Notes: a model not told the origin generated them from the sequence alone. A stretch of 64,000 bases of DNA from Winogradskyella sp. (GCF_013042245.1 NZ_JABDQL010000009.1:18492-82491), one strand, 5' to 3'. Positions 29,053 to 39,367 are shown, counted from the first letter of the stretch. Program-made: numbers and translations.

Positions 29053-31428
29053 ATGAATAAGAAAGATTTATCAGAATCTGACATAAAGGCGAAATTTATC
29101 ACTCCTTCGATTTTGAAATCAGGTTGGGATGAGCAAACACAATTAGGACGTGAAATTTTCTTCACAGATGGTCGAATCTATGTGAAAGGAAAACTGACTG
29201 CCAGAGGAAAACGAAAATTTGCGGACTATATACTTTTCTACAAACCAAATGTTCCAATCGCTATAATTGAGGCAAAAGACAACAAACACAGTGTAAAAAG
29301 CGGAATTCAACAAGCTCTTGGCTACGCCAATACCTTGGATATTCCTTGTGTGTTCAGTAGCAATGGTGACGGATTTTATTTTCACGATAAAACAGCAACA
29401 GACGGAGAAATTGAAAAAGATCTGACTTTAGACGAATTTCCAAGTCCTGAAATGCTGTGGCAGAAGTATAAAAAGTACAAAGGAATTGAAACCGATGAAG
29501 TTGAAGAAATCGCCAAACAAAATTATTTTCAAGATGGTTCTGGTCGTAGTCCGAGATATTACCAACAAATTGCAGTAAACAGAACAATCGAAGCAGTTGC
29601 AAAAGGTCAAGACCGAATTATTTTGGTAATGGCAACTGGAACAGGAAAAACCTATACCGCTTTTCAAATTATTTACCGACTTTGGAAAAGTGGAGCAAAA
29701 AAGAGAATCCTATTTTTAGCGGACAGAACTGCATTAATTGACCAAACAGCGCGTGGAGATTTTAGACATTTTAAAGATGCGCTTACAATCATAAAAAAGA
29801 AACAAATTGACACAGCTTACAATATTTATTTAGCATTATATCAAGGCTTATCTGATAGTCAAGGAGCGGATGCTTACAAACAGTTTAGTCCAGACTTCTT
29901 TGATTTAATTATTATTGACGAGTGCCACAGAGGAAGTGCAAAAGAAGATAGCAAATGGCGTGAGATTTTAGCTTATTTCGACAAAGCAACTCATATTGGT
30001 TTAACTGCAACACCAAAAGAAACAACAGAAGTTTCAAATATTGATTATTTCGGAGAACCAATTTATACCTATTCTTTAAAACAAGGAATTGATGATGGTT
30101 TCCTTGCACCTTATAAAGTTGTAAAAGTCACTTTAGATATTGATGCGGAAGGTTGGCGACCAACACAAGGTTTTGTTGATAAAGGGGGAAATCCAGTTGA
30201 AGATAGAATGTACAACAGAACGGATTTTGATAAAAATATAGTAGTTGAGGAACGTAGAAATTTAGTTGCAAAAAAGATAACTGAATTTTTAAAAGGTTAT
30301 GACAGATTTGCAAAATCAATCGTTTTCTGTATTGATATTGAGCACGCAGAAGGAATGCGTTCCGCATTGGCAAACGCCAATGCCGATTTATTCACTCAAA
30401 ACAATAAATACGTTATGCAAATTACAGGCGATAACGAAGAAGGAAAACGTGAGTTGGATAGTTTTATCAATCCAAGTGAGCCTTATCCTGTTATTGCAAC
30501 CACTTCAAAATTAATGACTACAGGCGTTGATGCACAAACTTGCAAACTCATTGTTTTAGATAGTAATATTGGTTCAATGACCGAATTTAAACAAATTATT
30601 GGTCGAGGAACGAGAATTAATGAGGAATATGGTAAAACCTATTTTACCATTATGGATTTTAGAAATGTTACCAACCTATTTGCTGACCCTGATTTTGATG
30701 GCGACCCAGTAATGATAAAACAAGTGGGTGAAGATGACGATTTATCTGGTGCAGAAGATGAAACTACAGATGAAGTAATCACAGATATTTTAGATGGTGA
30801 GGAAGTAGAATTTCCAGAATATTCTGAAATTGAAGGTGGTGGAGATATTGTTGAAGAACCAAGAACAAAAATTCGAGTAGATGGCGTTAAAGTAAAAATT
30901 GTAAATGAACGTGTGCAATATTTAGGAAATGACGGTAAAATTATCACCGAAAGCCTAAAAGACTACACCAAAAATAGCGTTACCAAACAATATCAAAGTT
31001 TAGAGAAATTTCTAAACACTTGGAATAATGCAGAAAAGAAAGAAGCGATTATCAAAGAATTAGAGGAACAAGGCATTTTCTTTGATGCACTAAAAGATGA
31101 GGTTGGTGCAGCATTTGACCCTTTCGATTTAATTTGCCACGTAGCGTTTGAAGCAAAACCTTTAACAAGAAAGGAACGCGCAAACAACGTAAAAAAACGA
31201 AATTATTTTACCAAATACGGTGAAAAAGCCCAAACGGTTTTAAATAGTTTACTCGATAAATATGCAGAAGATGGGTTACTAACTATTGAAAGTACAGAAG
31301 TATTAAAATTGGACCCTTTAAATAAATTGGGAACAGCAGTGGAACTCATCAATTCTTTTGGAGGTAAACCAGCCTATTTAAAAGCTTTAAAAGAATTAGA
31401 ATCTCAGTTATACAATACAACGGCTTAA
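29053..31428 (+). CDS. hsdR: Type I restriction enzyme R subunit (EcoAI/EcoEI-like)
   Basis: ADYIL...IIEAK nuclease motif, MATGTGKT, DECHRG, LTATP, QIIGRGTR. Confidence 0.96.
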   Translation: MNKKDLSESDIKAKFITPSILKSGWDEQTQLGREIFFTDGRIYVKGKLTARGKRKFADYILFYKPNVPIAIIEAKDNKHSVKSGIQQALGYANTLDIPCVFSSNGDGFYFHDKTATDGEIEKDLTLDEFPSPEMLWQKYKKYKGIETDEVEEIAKQNYFQDGSGRSPRYYQQIAVNRTIEAVAKGQDRIILVMATGTGKTYTAFQIIYRLWKSGAKKRILFLADRTALIDQTARGDFRHFKDALTIIKKKQIDTAYNIYLALYQGLSDSQGADAYKQFSPDFFDLIIIDECHRGSAKEDSKWREILAYFDKATHIGLTATPKETTEVSNIDYFGEPIYTYSLKQGIDDGFLAPYKVVKVTLDIDAEGWRPTQGFVDKGGNPVEDRMYNRTDFDKNIVVEERRNLVAKKITEFLKGYDRFAKSIVFCIDIEHAEGMRSALANANADLFTQNNKYVMQITGDNEEGKRELDSFINPSEPYPVIATTSKLMTTGVDAQTCKLIVLDSNIGSMTEFKQIIGRGTRINEEYGKTYFTIMDFRNVTNLFADPDFDGDPVMIKQVGEDDDLSGAEDETTDEVITDILDGEEVEFPEYSEIEGGGDIVEEPRTKIRVDGVKVKIVNERVQYLGNDGKIITESLKDYTKNSVTKQYQSLEKFLNTWNNAEKKEAIIKELEEQGIFFDALKDEVGAAFDPFDLICHVAFEAKPLTRKERANNVKKRNYFTKYGEKAQTVLNSLLDKYAEDGLLTIESTEVLKLDPLNKLGTAVELINSFGGKPAYLKALKELESQLYNTTA

Positions 31429-32424
31429 ATGGAACAACAAAACATTATTATATATAATACACCAGATGGTCGGGTATCTATTGCTCTTTTTGCTAAAGAG
31501 GGTAATGTTTGGATGAATCAAAATCAACTGGCTGAACTTTTTGACACCTCAAAACAAAACATCAGTCAACACATAAATAACATTCTAAAAGACAATGAAT
31601 TAAGTGAAAATTCAGTTGTAAAGAATTACTTGACAACTGCCGATGATGGTAAAAATTATGAAGTTAGTTTTTACAGCCTAGACATGATTCTTGCTATTGG
31701 TTTTAGAGTGCGCAGTAAACGGGGTACGCAATTCAGGATTTGGGCAAATCAAAATCTAAAATCGTATATGATTAAAGGGTTTGTTATGGACGATGAACGT
31801 CTTAAAAATCCCGATGGCAGACCCGATTATTTTGATGAGTTATTAGAGCGTATCCGCGAAATACGCGCTTCAGAAAAACGTTTCTATCAAAAAGTAAGAG
31901 ACTTATTGGCATTAAGTAGTGATTATGATCCTACTGATAAAGCCACCCAAATGTTTTTTGCTGAAACACAAAACAAACTGCTGTTTGCTGTGACCAAACA
32001 AACTGCTGCCGAATTAATTGTAACCAGAGCAAACCACAACAAACCCAATATGGGTTTAACCACATGGAAAGGCAATAAAGTGCGTAAACAAGACATTCAC
32101 ATTGCTAAAAACTACCTTTCTAAAGATGAAATTGATACCCTAAACAGGCTAACGGTAATCTTTTTGGAAACTGCCGAGCTAAGGGTTAAAGAACGTATAG
32201 ATATTCATCTTAAATTTTGGCAAAACAATGTGGATAAAATCTTAGAATTTAATGACAAAGCTGTTTTAAATCACGCTGGGGCTATCTCAAAAAAGCAAAT
32301 GGAAACAAAGGTCAAAGTCATCTATGAAGCTTTTGAAACCAAACGCAAACAATTTGAAGCCAAACAAGCCGATTTAGACGACTTAAAACATCTGGAGGAA
32401 CAGATAAAAAATAACAAAAAATAA
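31429..32424 (+). CDS. RhuM-family (COG3943) protein
   Basis: WMNQNQLAELF, YSLDMILAIGFRVRSKRGTQFRIWA, IKGFVMDDERLK, IRASEKRFYQKV. Confidence 0.92.
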   Translation: MEQQNIIIYNTPDGRVSIALFAKEGNVWMNQNQLAELFDTSKQNISQHINNILKDNELSENSVVKNYLTTADDGKNYEVSFYSLDMILAIGFRVRSKRGTQFRIWANQNLKSYMIKGFVMDDERLKNPDGRPDYFDELLERIREIRASEKRFYQKVRDLLALSSDYDPTDKATQMFFAETQNKLLFAVTKQTAAELIVTRANHNKPNMGLTTWKGNKVRKQDIHIAKNYLSKDEIDTLNRLTVIFLETAELRVKERIDIHLKFWQNNVDKILEFNDKAVLNHAGAISKKQMETKVKVIYEAFETKRKQFEAKQADLDDLKHLEEQIKNNKK

Positions 32425-33861
32425 ATGGCAAACGTAGCAGCAGTAGTTAGCAGCATCAGAAACATCATGCGTCAAGACAGAGGAATTTCTGGTGATGCAC
32501 AACGATTAGAACAATTGGGTTGGATGCTCTTTTTAAAAATTATTGACGATAAAGACCAAGAATTAGAAATCTTAAAAGACGATTATCAATCGGTAATTCC
32601 AGAGAAATTTCAATGGAGAACTTGGGCAAGCGACCCTGAGGGAATTACTGGAGAAGATTTATTAGAATTTATAGATAGTAACGCACAAAGCAACAGAGGT
32701 TTGTTTGCAACCTTGCGTAATTTAACAAACGTAACTAACCCAAAACGTGCTGCCATAGTGAAAGAAGTGTTTGATGGCTCCAACAACTATATGAAAAGTG
32801 GTTACGAAATGCGAAAAGTCATTAACAAACTCAATGAAATTGACTTTAACAATTCTGACGACAAACACATTTTCGGGAACATTTACGAAAGCATTTTACA
32901 AGAATTACGTGATGCAGGAAATAAAGGTGAATACTACACACCAAGAGCAGTTACGCAGTTAATGACCCAAATGACCGACCCAAAATTGGGTGAAAAAGTG
33001 CTTGACCCAGCAGCAGGAACAGGCGGATTTTTAACCGCAGCAATTGACCACGTTAGAGAAAATTTTGTAAATACCGTTGATGATGAACACATTTTACAAA
33101 AAAGTATTACGGGTTGGGAATTAAAACCTGTAGCTTATGTTTTAGGTTTAACTAACTTAATTCTTCACGAAATGGATATTCCCGACTATCATTACATTGA
33201 TAGTTTAAAAAAGGAATACAACAGCATTGGAAGAAAAGACCAAGTAGATGTTATTTTGGCAAATCCACCTTTTGGTGCGAGTATAGCAGATGGTGTAGAA
33301 ACCAACTATCCTGCCACCTATAGATGTAAGGAATCTGCCGATTTATTTGTGATTTTAATGTTGCAATTGCTAAAACCAAAAGGACGTTGTGCTATTGTTT
33401 TACCAGATGGTTCGATTACTGGAGATGGTGTAAAATCAAGAATTAGAGAAAAATTGTTAACTGACACTAATTTACATACCATTATTCGTTTACCACAAAC
33501 TACATTTTTTCCTGCCACAGTAAGTACGAACCTGTTATTTTTTGAAAAAGGCAATAAGACTAAAGATATTTGGTATTACGAGCATAAATTACCCGAAGGA
33601 CAAAAAAGCTATTCCAAAACCAAACCAATACAGTTTAACGAGTTTGAACCAATAATAAAATGGTGGAATAATCGTGAAGAAAACGACCAAGCTTGGAAAG
33701 TAAATATTAATGATTTAAAAGATTGGGATTTAGATGTTAAAAATCCTGTTCAGGAAGAGGAAGAAGAAATCAAGTCCTCAAAAGAAATAATATCAGGTCT
33801 AAAACAGAATTTTAACAATAATCTGTCAATGCTTTCAGAATTAGAAAATCTATTGAATTAA
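32425..33861 (+). CDS. hsdM: Type I N6-adenine DNA methyltransferase
   Basis: GEYYTPR, LDPAAGTGGFL, ILANPPF. Confidence 0.96.
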   Translation: MANVAAVVSSIRNIMRQDRGISGDAQRLEQLGWMLFLKIIDDKDQELEILKDDYQSVIPEKFQWRTWASDPEGITGEDLLEFIDSNAQSNRGLFATLRNLTNVTNPKRAAIVKEVFDGSNNYMKSGYEMRKVINKLNEIDFNNSDDKHIFGNIYESILQELRDAGNKGEYYTPRAVTQLMTQMTDPKLGEKVLDPAAGTGGFLTAAIDHVRENFVNTVDDEHILQKSITGWELKPVAYVLGLTNLILHEMDIPDYHYIDSLKKEYNSIGRKDQVDVILANPPFGASIADGVETNYPATYRCKESADLFVILMLQLLKPKGRCAIVLPDGSITGDGVKSRIREKLLTDTNLHTIIRLPQTTFFPATVSTNLLFFEKGNKTKDIWYYEHKLPEGQKSYSKTKPIQFNEFEPIIKWWNNREENDQAWKVNINDLKDWDLDVKNPVQEEEEEIKSSKEIISGLKQNFNNNLSMLSELENLLN

Positions 33862-35387
33862 TGAAAGCAACAGATGCATATAGAAGAATAAATAATAGTC
33901 CAATACGTGGTATTGTATTGTTCTACACAGAAAAAATTTTACAATCTAAAAAAGTATTTTTAGAAACTGTAATTTCAAAAATTCAAACAGGTAAAACACC
34001 ACCGAAATCAAACTCAAAATATTATTCAAGTAATGATATAAACTGGTTTAAACCAAGCGATATTGGTTTCACAAAATATCTAACCAAAGCTAAAGAGAAA
34101 TTTGCTCAAATTGCATTGGATGAAAAAAAAGGAACTCTATATCCAAAGGGAACACTTCTATTAATAGGAATCGGAGGAGGTGTTGGTAGAGTTTCAGTTC
34201 TTAAAGAAGTAGGTTCCTCAAATCAACAAATCACAGGAGTAACATTTAACAATGATGTAAGCTCAGAATATGCATATTACTATTATTTGGTGCGTGAAGA
34301 TTATATAAAATCGAAAGCAAAAAGTATGTCTTTTCCAATTTTGAATCAAGCAAAAATTAAAGGTTTAGAAATAAATTATCCGTCAATTGAAGAACAAAAC
34401 GAATTTGTTCGTTTTGTTGATTATTGTTGGAATTCTTATTTAAAAAATGAAATTCCAAACGTTTCAAGTTTTAATGTTGATGAAAAACTTAAAACATACA
34501 CATTAACTCAATTTAAAGCAATAGAATTAGATAGTAAAATTAAAGGTAATATTGCTTGTGAAAAGCAACAACTTACTGATTTAAAACAAGTCATTTTACA
34601 AGAAGCTATACAAGGAAAACTAACCCAAAAATGGCGAAAGCAAAATCAAAATACAGAACCTGTAAGTGAATTATTAGAACGCATAAAAACTGAAAAAGAA
34701 CAGCTTATAAAAGACAAGAAAATTAAAAAGGAAAAACCCTTACCAACAATCACAGAAGAAGAAATTCCTTTTGAAATTCCTGAAAATTGGGTTTGGTGCA
34801 GGTTAATTGATATTGGAATTCCAATAATAGGGTTGACTTACAAGCCTACTGATATTTCAGAAAATGGAACAGGGGTTTTAAGAGCTAATAATGTTGATGA
34901 AGGTAAATTGATAATGAATAATTTAGTTAAAGTTTCCTGTGAAATACCGTCAAAGAAAATGGCTTCTAAAGGAGATATTTTAATTTGTGTCAGAAGCGGA
35001 AGCAAAAGACTTATTGGGAAAGCCGCAATAGTTGATAAAGATGGGTTTTCCTTTGGTGCTTTTATGAGTTTGATAAAAAGTAGATTAAATCCATATCTGT
35101 TTCATTTTTTACAGTCTAATTCTTTTAAAAATCAAATAGATGATGAAAAAAGTACTGGGATAAATCAGTTAACTCAAGGTATTTTAAAGTCAGTTATCAT
35201 TCCTATTCCACCAATTGAAGAACAAAAAGCCATTGTAGAAAAAGTAGAAACCCTTATAAAAAAGTATAATGAATTAGAACAGGAAATAACCCAAAGTGAA
35301 GAACACGCCAATATGCTAATGCAAGCCGTTTTAAAAGAAGCCTTAGAGAGTAAAACAGAAAACACGGAGGAATATGCCAACGCTTAA
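33861..35387 (+). CDS. hsdS: Type I specificity subunit with two TRDs
   Basis: YPSIEEQ and IPPIEEQKAIV repeats; LQEAIQGKL...EIPFEIPENWVW linker. Confidence 0.93.
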   Translation: MKATDAYRRINNSPIRGIVLFYTEKILQSKKVFLETVISKIQTGKTPPKSNSKYYSSNDINWFKPSDIGFTKYLTKAKEKFAQIALDEKKGTLYPKGTLLLIGIGGGVGRVSVLKEVGSSNQQITGVTFNNDVSSEYAYYYYLVREDYIKSKAKSMSFPILNQAKIKGLEINYPSIEEQNEFVRFVDYCWNSYLKNEIPNVSSFNVDEKLKTYTLTQFKAIELDSKIKGNIACEKQQLTDLKQVILQEAIQGKLTQKWRKQNQNTEPVSELLERIKTEKEQLIKDKKIKKEKPLPTITEEEIPFEIPENWVWCRLIDIGIPIIGLTYKPTDISENGTGVLRANNVDEGKLIMNNLVKVSCEIPSKKMASKGDILICVRSGSKRLIGKAAIVDKDGFSFGAFMSLIKSRLNPYLFHFLQSNSFKNQIDDEKSTGINQLTQGILKSVIIPIPPIEEQKAIVEKVETLIKKYNELEQEITQSEEHANMLMQAVLKEALESKTENTEEYANA

Positions 35388-35443
35388 AGCCATACACATT
35401 TGAACAAAAAAAAACATCGGAAAACCAAGCTGAACGTGAAAAG

Positions 35444-35642
35444 CACTATGTACAAGAACATGGATAAAACATAGCTATTATAGGCTTTCCTAGAGGTTTT
35501 TACATATATACAAAGTACACGCCATTTATTATTTGGTTATATTTATAAAAGAAAATTAAGCATAAAAAAAACGGCTCGTGCTAAATCCGAAAAGTTAGCG
35601 TTTATTTATAAGCTCCGTTTCATACACAAACAAGTTAACGAA
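35444..35642. other. attC-like long element, site 2 (right boundary of the R-M locus)
   Basis: Left arm TGGATAAAACATAGCT versus right arm AGCTCCGTTTCATACA (12/16 complementary), ending in GTTAACGAA; left core is TACAAG instead of TACAAC. Confidence 0.5.
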
Positions 35643-35666
35643 ACATCCACTTTTTACATATTAAAA

Positions 35667-36266
35667 ATGAAAAAAATCCACTCCGTCGAAGAATATATAG
35701 AAGTCAATAACCATTGGCAAGAAGCCTTAGAACTCTTGCGCAGTATAGTTCTAAAAACAGAACTCAATGAGGCCATAAAATGGTCAGCACCAGTTTATGA
35801 TTTAGATGGTAAAAATGTATTAGGCATTGGTGCATTTAAGCAGCACTTTTGTATTTGGTTTTTTAATGGCGTCTTTCTTAAAGATGAGTATAATCTTTTA
35901 GTCAACGCTCAAGAGAATAAAACCAAAGGGCTACGACAAATGCGTTTTGATAACATCGAAGATGTCAATAAAGACCAAGTGTTGGCCTATGTAAAAGAGG
36001 CCATAGAAAATCAACGTGCAGGTAAAGAAATTAAAGTAGCGCGTAAAGGGAAAACTGTTGTGATTCCTGAAGAGTTAAAAGCCACACTAAATAACGACCA
36101 AGATTTGCAACTTGCTTTTGAGGCTCTGACGCCCGGAAAACAACGTGACTATTGTGAATACATTTCATCCGCTAAACGTGAGGCTACAAAACAATCACGG
36201 TTAGAAAAAATAACACCAATGATTCTTAATGGTGTTGGACTTAATGATAAAGATAAAAACTGTTAG
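35667..36266 (+). CDS. DUF1801 / YdeI-OmpD-associated family protein
   Basis: EAIKWSAPVY, WFFNG, LTPGKQRDY...AKREATKQSRLEK. Confidence 0.88.
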   Translation: MKKIHSVEEYIEVNNHWQEALELLRSIVLKTELNEAIKWSAPVYDLDGKNVLGIGAFKQHFCIWFFNGVFLKDEYNLLVNAQENKTKGLRQMRFDNIEDVNKDQVLAYVKEAIENQRAGKEIKVARKGKTVVIPEELKATLNNDQDLQLAFEALTPGKQRDYCEYISSAKREATKQSRLEKITPMILNGVGLNDKDKNC

Positions 36267-37204
36267 TTTTTAGTACTCATCTCCACGGTGCGTGTTGGAT
36301 ATGGTATTTTAATATTGTTTTGGTCAAAAGTGGTTTTAATAATTACAATAGCACTATGTGTTAGGTGTAATTCATCTTTTTTTCCAGAAGCATCTCCCCA
36401 AAATCTAACTAAAAAATTAACAGAGCTCTCACCAAATTCTTCATAAAAGAATTCAATCTCTTCATCTTTGTTTTGCTTAAAAGCTTTGCCAAGGGCTGTT
36501 ACGGTCAAAGCTTCAACGGCTTCCAAATCACTATCGTAACTTACGCCACAATTAATAGAAACACGTGTACGCGTCGTTAAACTATAATTGGTAAATGGGT
36601 TTTCTAATATCTGAGAATTAGGCACCATCACCAAATTATTATCTGGTCTTAATATTTGTACACTTCGTAATGAAATTTCGGCTATTGTGCCCTCTAAGCC
36701 TTCAGTCTCTACCCAATCACCAATTTTAAGATTAGGTAAAAAACTTAGTATAACACCAGAAAATGTGTTATTTAATGACCCTTGTACTGCTAGACCAACT
36801 GCTAAACTGGCAACACCTGCTAAACCAAGTATTGAGGTCATAATAACCCCTAAATCGAGTATGATTAAAAATACTAAAAAACCAATTAACCAAACGGTTG
36901 CACGAAATATCTTTAGCACCATTTGACGAATTGATTCTTGTTTTACAGAACGTTTCATAATTCTGTAAAGAAGCCTTCCAAAATATTTTGCAAACAAGAC
37001 AAATACTAAAAAAATTAAAGCCCCAATAATAAAATTAGGGATTTTAAGAAGTACCAAATCCCACCATTTTAAAAACTTTATCTCCATGACTTCATAGGCG
37101 TGTTCCCAAGTAAAGTTTTCATCAAGGGTAACGCGTTTTATTTTTTCACCAATGGTTAAGTCTTCTGGTTTTTTAGTTAAAAAGTCATGATCTTGAAATG
37201 GCAT
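36263..37204 (-). CDS. MscS-family mechanosensitive channel (start probably 37204)
   Basis: AVGLAVQGSLNNTFSG, KIGDWVE, MVPNS, IKIPYP. Confidence 0.9.
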   Translation of the reverse strand: MPFQDHDFLTKKPEDLTIGEKIKRVTLDENFTWEHAYEVMEIKFLKWWDLVLLKIPNFIIGALIFLVFVLFAKYFGRLLYRIMKRSVKQESIRQMVLKIFRATVWLIGFLVFLIILDLGVIMTSILGLAGVASLAVGLAVQGSLNNTFSGVILSFLPNLKIGDWVETEGLEGTIAEISLRSVQILRPDNNLVMVPNSQILENPFTNYSLTTRTRVSINCGVSYDSDLEAVEALTVTALGKAFKQNKDEEIEFFYEEFGESSVNFLVRFWGDASGKKDELHLTHSAIVIIKTTFDQNNIKIPYPTRTVEMSTKN

Positions 37205-37284
37205 AATAGTAGTCTTTAGTTTTAACCAATTACACAACAGAAGTTTACTGCATAATTAGGGCGTAATATAGTATAAATCAAAAT

Positions 37285-37318
37285 TAAAAAAGCTACTTAA
37301 TTTTTAAGTAGCTTTTTT
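37285..37318. terminator. Terminator downstream of yajC
   Basis: AAAAAAGCTACTTAA-TTT-TTAAGTAGCTTTTTT. Confidence 0.85.
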
Positions 37319-37341
37319 ATTAAAATGCGTATCAATGAAAA

Positions 37342-37635
37342 TTATTTTTTCGTTGATGCTGTGTTTAGTTTACTACTCATTTCCATTGAAATTGCAGAAC
37401 GGTCAAACTTAATTTTCCCAGCTTGTGTTTCTATAATACAGCTGTTGTCTTTATCATTTAACTCTGCAACCTTACCGTGCATACCGCTTTTCATAATAAC
37501 TCTATCACCTCGCTTTAATGCCTTAGCAAAGGCTTTTTCTTTCTTTGCACGCTTCATTTGGGGTGCAATCATAAAGAAATACAACACAGCTAGCATGGCT
37601 ATAAATGGTAAAAATGAACTTATACCTTCTCCCAT
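37342..37635 (-). CDS. yajC: Preprotein translocase subunit YajC
   Basis: YFFMIAPQMKR...LKRGDRVIMKSGMHG. Confidence 0.95.
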   Translation of the reverse strand: MGEGISSFLPFIAMLAVLYFFMIAPQMKRAKKEKAFAKALKRGDRVIMKSGMHGKVAELNDKDNSCIIETQAGKIKFDRSAISMEMSSKLNTASTKK

Positions 37636-37644
37636 AAATTTTTA

Positions 37645-38202
37645 TTAATCGTGGTTATGACCTTCGTGACCTGGTTGTGTACTAGATTTTTTTGGCTGAG
37701 CCTGTAACATACTTGAACCACCTGTTGGTTTAGCTTGAGCTGGAGTTTTTGCATTAGGATCTGCCTCTACAAATGCAGTAATTCTTACTTGCTCATTACC
37801 TTTGGCTGTGTTAGTTGTCATCGTAATAGCTTTAGTAACTTTGTTACCATTACCTTTACCATTAAATTTTACAGTAAATTCACCCGAATCTCCAGGAGCA
37901 ACTTGCTTCGTGTAGTTCGATGGTACTGTACAACCACATGTACTTTTTACATTGCTTACAACTAACATTGAGTTACCTGTATTTGTATAAGCAAATACAG
38001 TTTCAACAGGTGTTCCGTTTTCAATTGTACCAAAGTCATGAGTTTCTTTATTAAACTTAATTACTGGTAAGTCTCCTGCGTTAGCATCTCGCTCAGCAGC
38101 AAGTGCAACATTTTCAGAATTTACTTTACTAGAAGCGTCATCTTTACATGATGTAAAGGCTAACATACATAATGCACCAAGGCCTAAAATAACTTTTTTC
38201 AT
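37645..38202 (-). CDS. DUF1573 lipoprotein
   Basis: HDFGTI, FAYTNTG, STCGCT; lipobox FTSC. Confidence 0.9.
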   Translation of the reverse strand: MKKVILGLGALCMLAFTSCKDDASSKVNSENVALAAERDANAGDLPVIKFNKETHDFGTIENGTPVETVFAYTNTGNSMLVVSNVKSTCGCTVPSNYTKQVAPGDSGEFTVKFNGKGNGNKVTKAITMTTNTAKGNEQVRITAFVEADPNAKTPAQAKPTGGSSMLQAQPKKSSTQPGHEGHNHD

Positions 38203-38330
38203 CGCTATGTTTTTTTAATATTAATTTTTAATGATTCTTTATCTTTTGTCAAAAGTAATAATTATTTCAACGAATAAAAATTTTTAACACACAGTTATTA
38301 GATAAGAAAGTATAGGTTTTATTGGCTTTT

Positions 38331-39275
38331 TTACATTAAACCTCGTCCTACTTTGTTATGAATATTGTTTAGTTTATACTCTTTTACAATTTTATCTAGA
38401 ATTCCATTAATGAACAAGCTGCTTTTTGGAGTAGAGTATTCTTTGGCAATTTCTAAATACTCATTGATTGTTACTTTTACTGGTATAGATGGGAATTTCT
38501 GAAACTCACAAAGTGCCATTTTCAATAAAACACCATCTAAACTTGCCAATCTATCTGCATCCCAATTGGTTGTTTTTGATGATATCTCTTCAGAAAATTT
38601 AGATGTATTTAAAAGCGTTTTTAGTAACAAATCTTTTGCGAAAACTTTATCGTCTTCGTCTTTGTAGAGTTCAGGAATTAAATATGTTTCTGGCTTTGTT
38701 AGCTTAAGCTTTGTAAAGGATTTTACGATAGCTGTATTTACCACTGGCAAATCGTCTACCCAAGTAATCTGTTTATCCTCAAAATAATCAAAAAGCTTTT
38801 CGTTTGGTGCAATAATATCCGAATACACATCAATCATAAAATCTTTATCTTCTTTTAAATCTGATGCGCCTTTAGACATGTATTCTTTATATATACCACT
38901 TTCAATAATGGCTTTATAAATTACATCTACATACTCAAAATCTAAATCCCAAAAATTTAACTTGCGCTTTTTAATAATTTCTTTGAGCATAGAATTGTTA
39001 CTAATAAATTCTAGCACGGCGTTATCTGCAAACTTTCGGTTAGGATTAATATCTGCTTCAGTAGCTAGCAGTTTTTTTTGAGATAATTCTAATTTCGAGT
39101 TGGCTTTCTTTTGCAGCTCAATCATAAGTGCCATTATGGCAAAGTACAAATCTGAAATTTTAGCGATACTCTGATAAAGAAATTTTTCATCTTTAGTAAA
39201 ATCATCACTTTCTGTTCCCTTAAAAGAAAATAAAGACTGCATGACTTTAATACGAATATGTCGTCGATTGAGCAT
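38331..39275 (-). CDS. nusB: Transcription antitermination factor NusB (Bacteroidota long form)
   Basis: MLNRRHIRIKVMQ; VTINEYLEIAKEYSTPKSSLFINGILD. Confidence 0.95.
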   Translation of the reverse strand: MLNRRHIRIKVMQSLFSFKGTESDDFTKDEKFLYQSIAKISDLYFAIMALMIELQKKANSKLELSQKKLLATEADINPNRKFADNAVLEFISNNSMLKEIIKKRKLNFWDLDFEYVDVIYKAIIESGIYKEYMSKGASDLKEDKDFMIDVYSDIIAPNEKLFDYFEDKQITWVDDLPVVNTAIVKSFTKLKLTKPETYLIPELYKDEDDKVFAKDLLLKTLLNTSKFSEEISSKTTNWDADRLASLDGVLLKMALCEFQKFPSIPVKVTINEYLEIAKEYSTPKSSLFINGILDKIVKEYKLNNIHNKVGRGLM

Positions 39276-39367
39276 ATGTAAAGAACTTGTTTTTTAAATC
39301 ATTAAAAAGGGTGAGACTTTGTTGAGTTTCACCCTGCAAAAATAGCATTTCTTACTATTCTAAAAAA

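Larger units (their letters stand above)
28971..35634 (+). mobile_element. Putative gene cassette carrying a type I R-M system
   Basis: Bounded by G|TT at 28970/28971 and 35634/35635; excision restores the 9-bp complementarity TTCGTTAAC...GTTAACGAA. Confidence 0.55.

Noticed and set aside
33861-35387. Phase-variable hsdS (shufflon or simple-sequence repeat tract)
   Set aside because: Only one hsdS, with no inverted silent TRD copies, recombinase gene or obvious repeat tract
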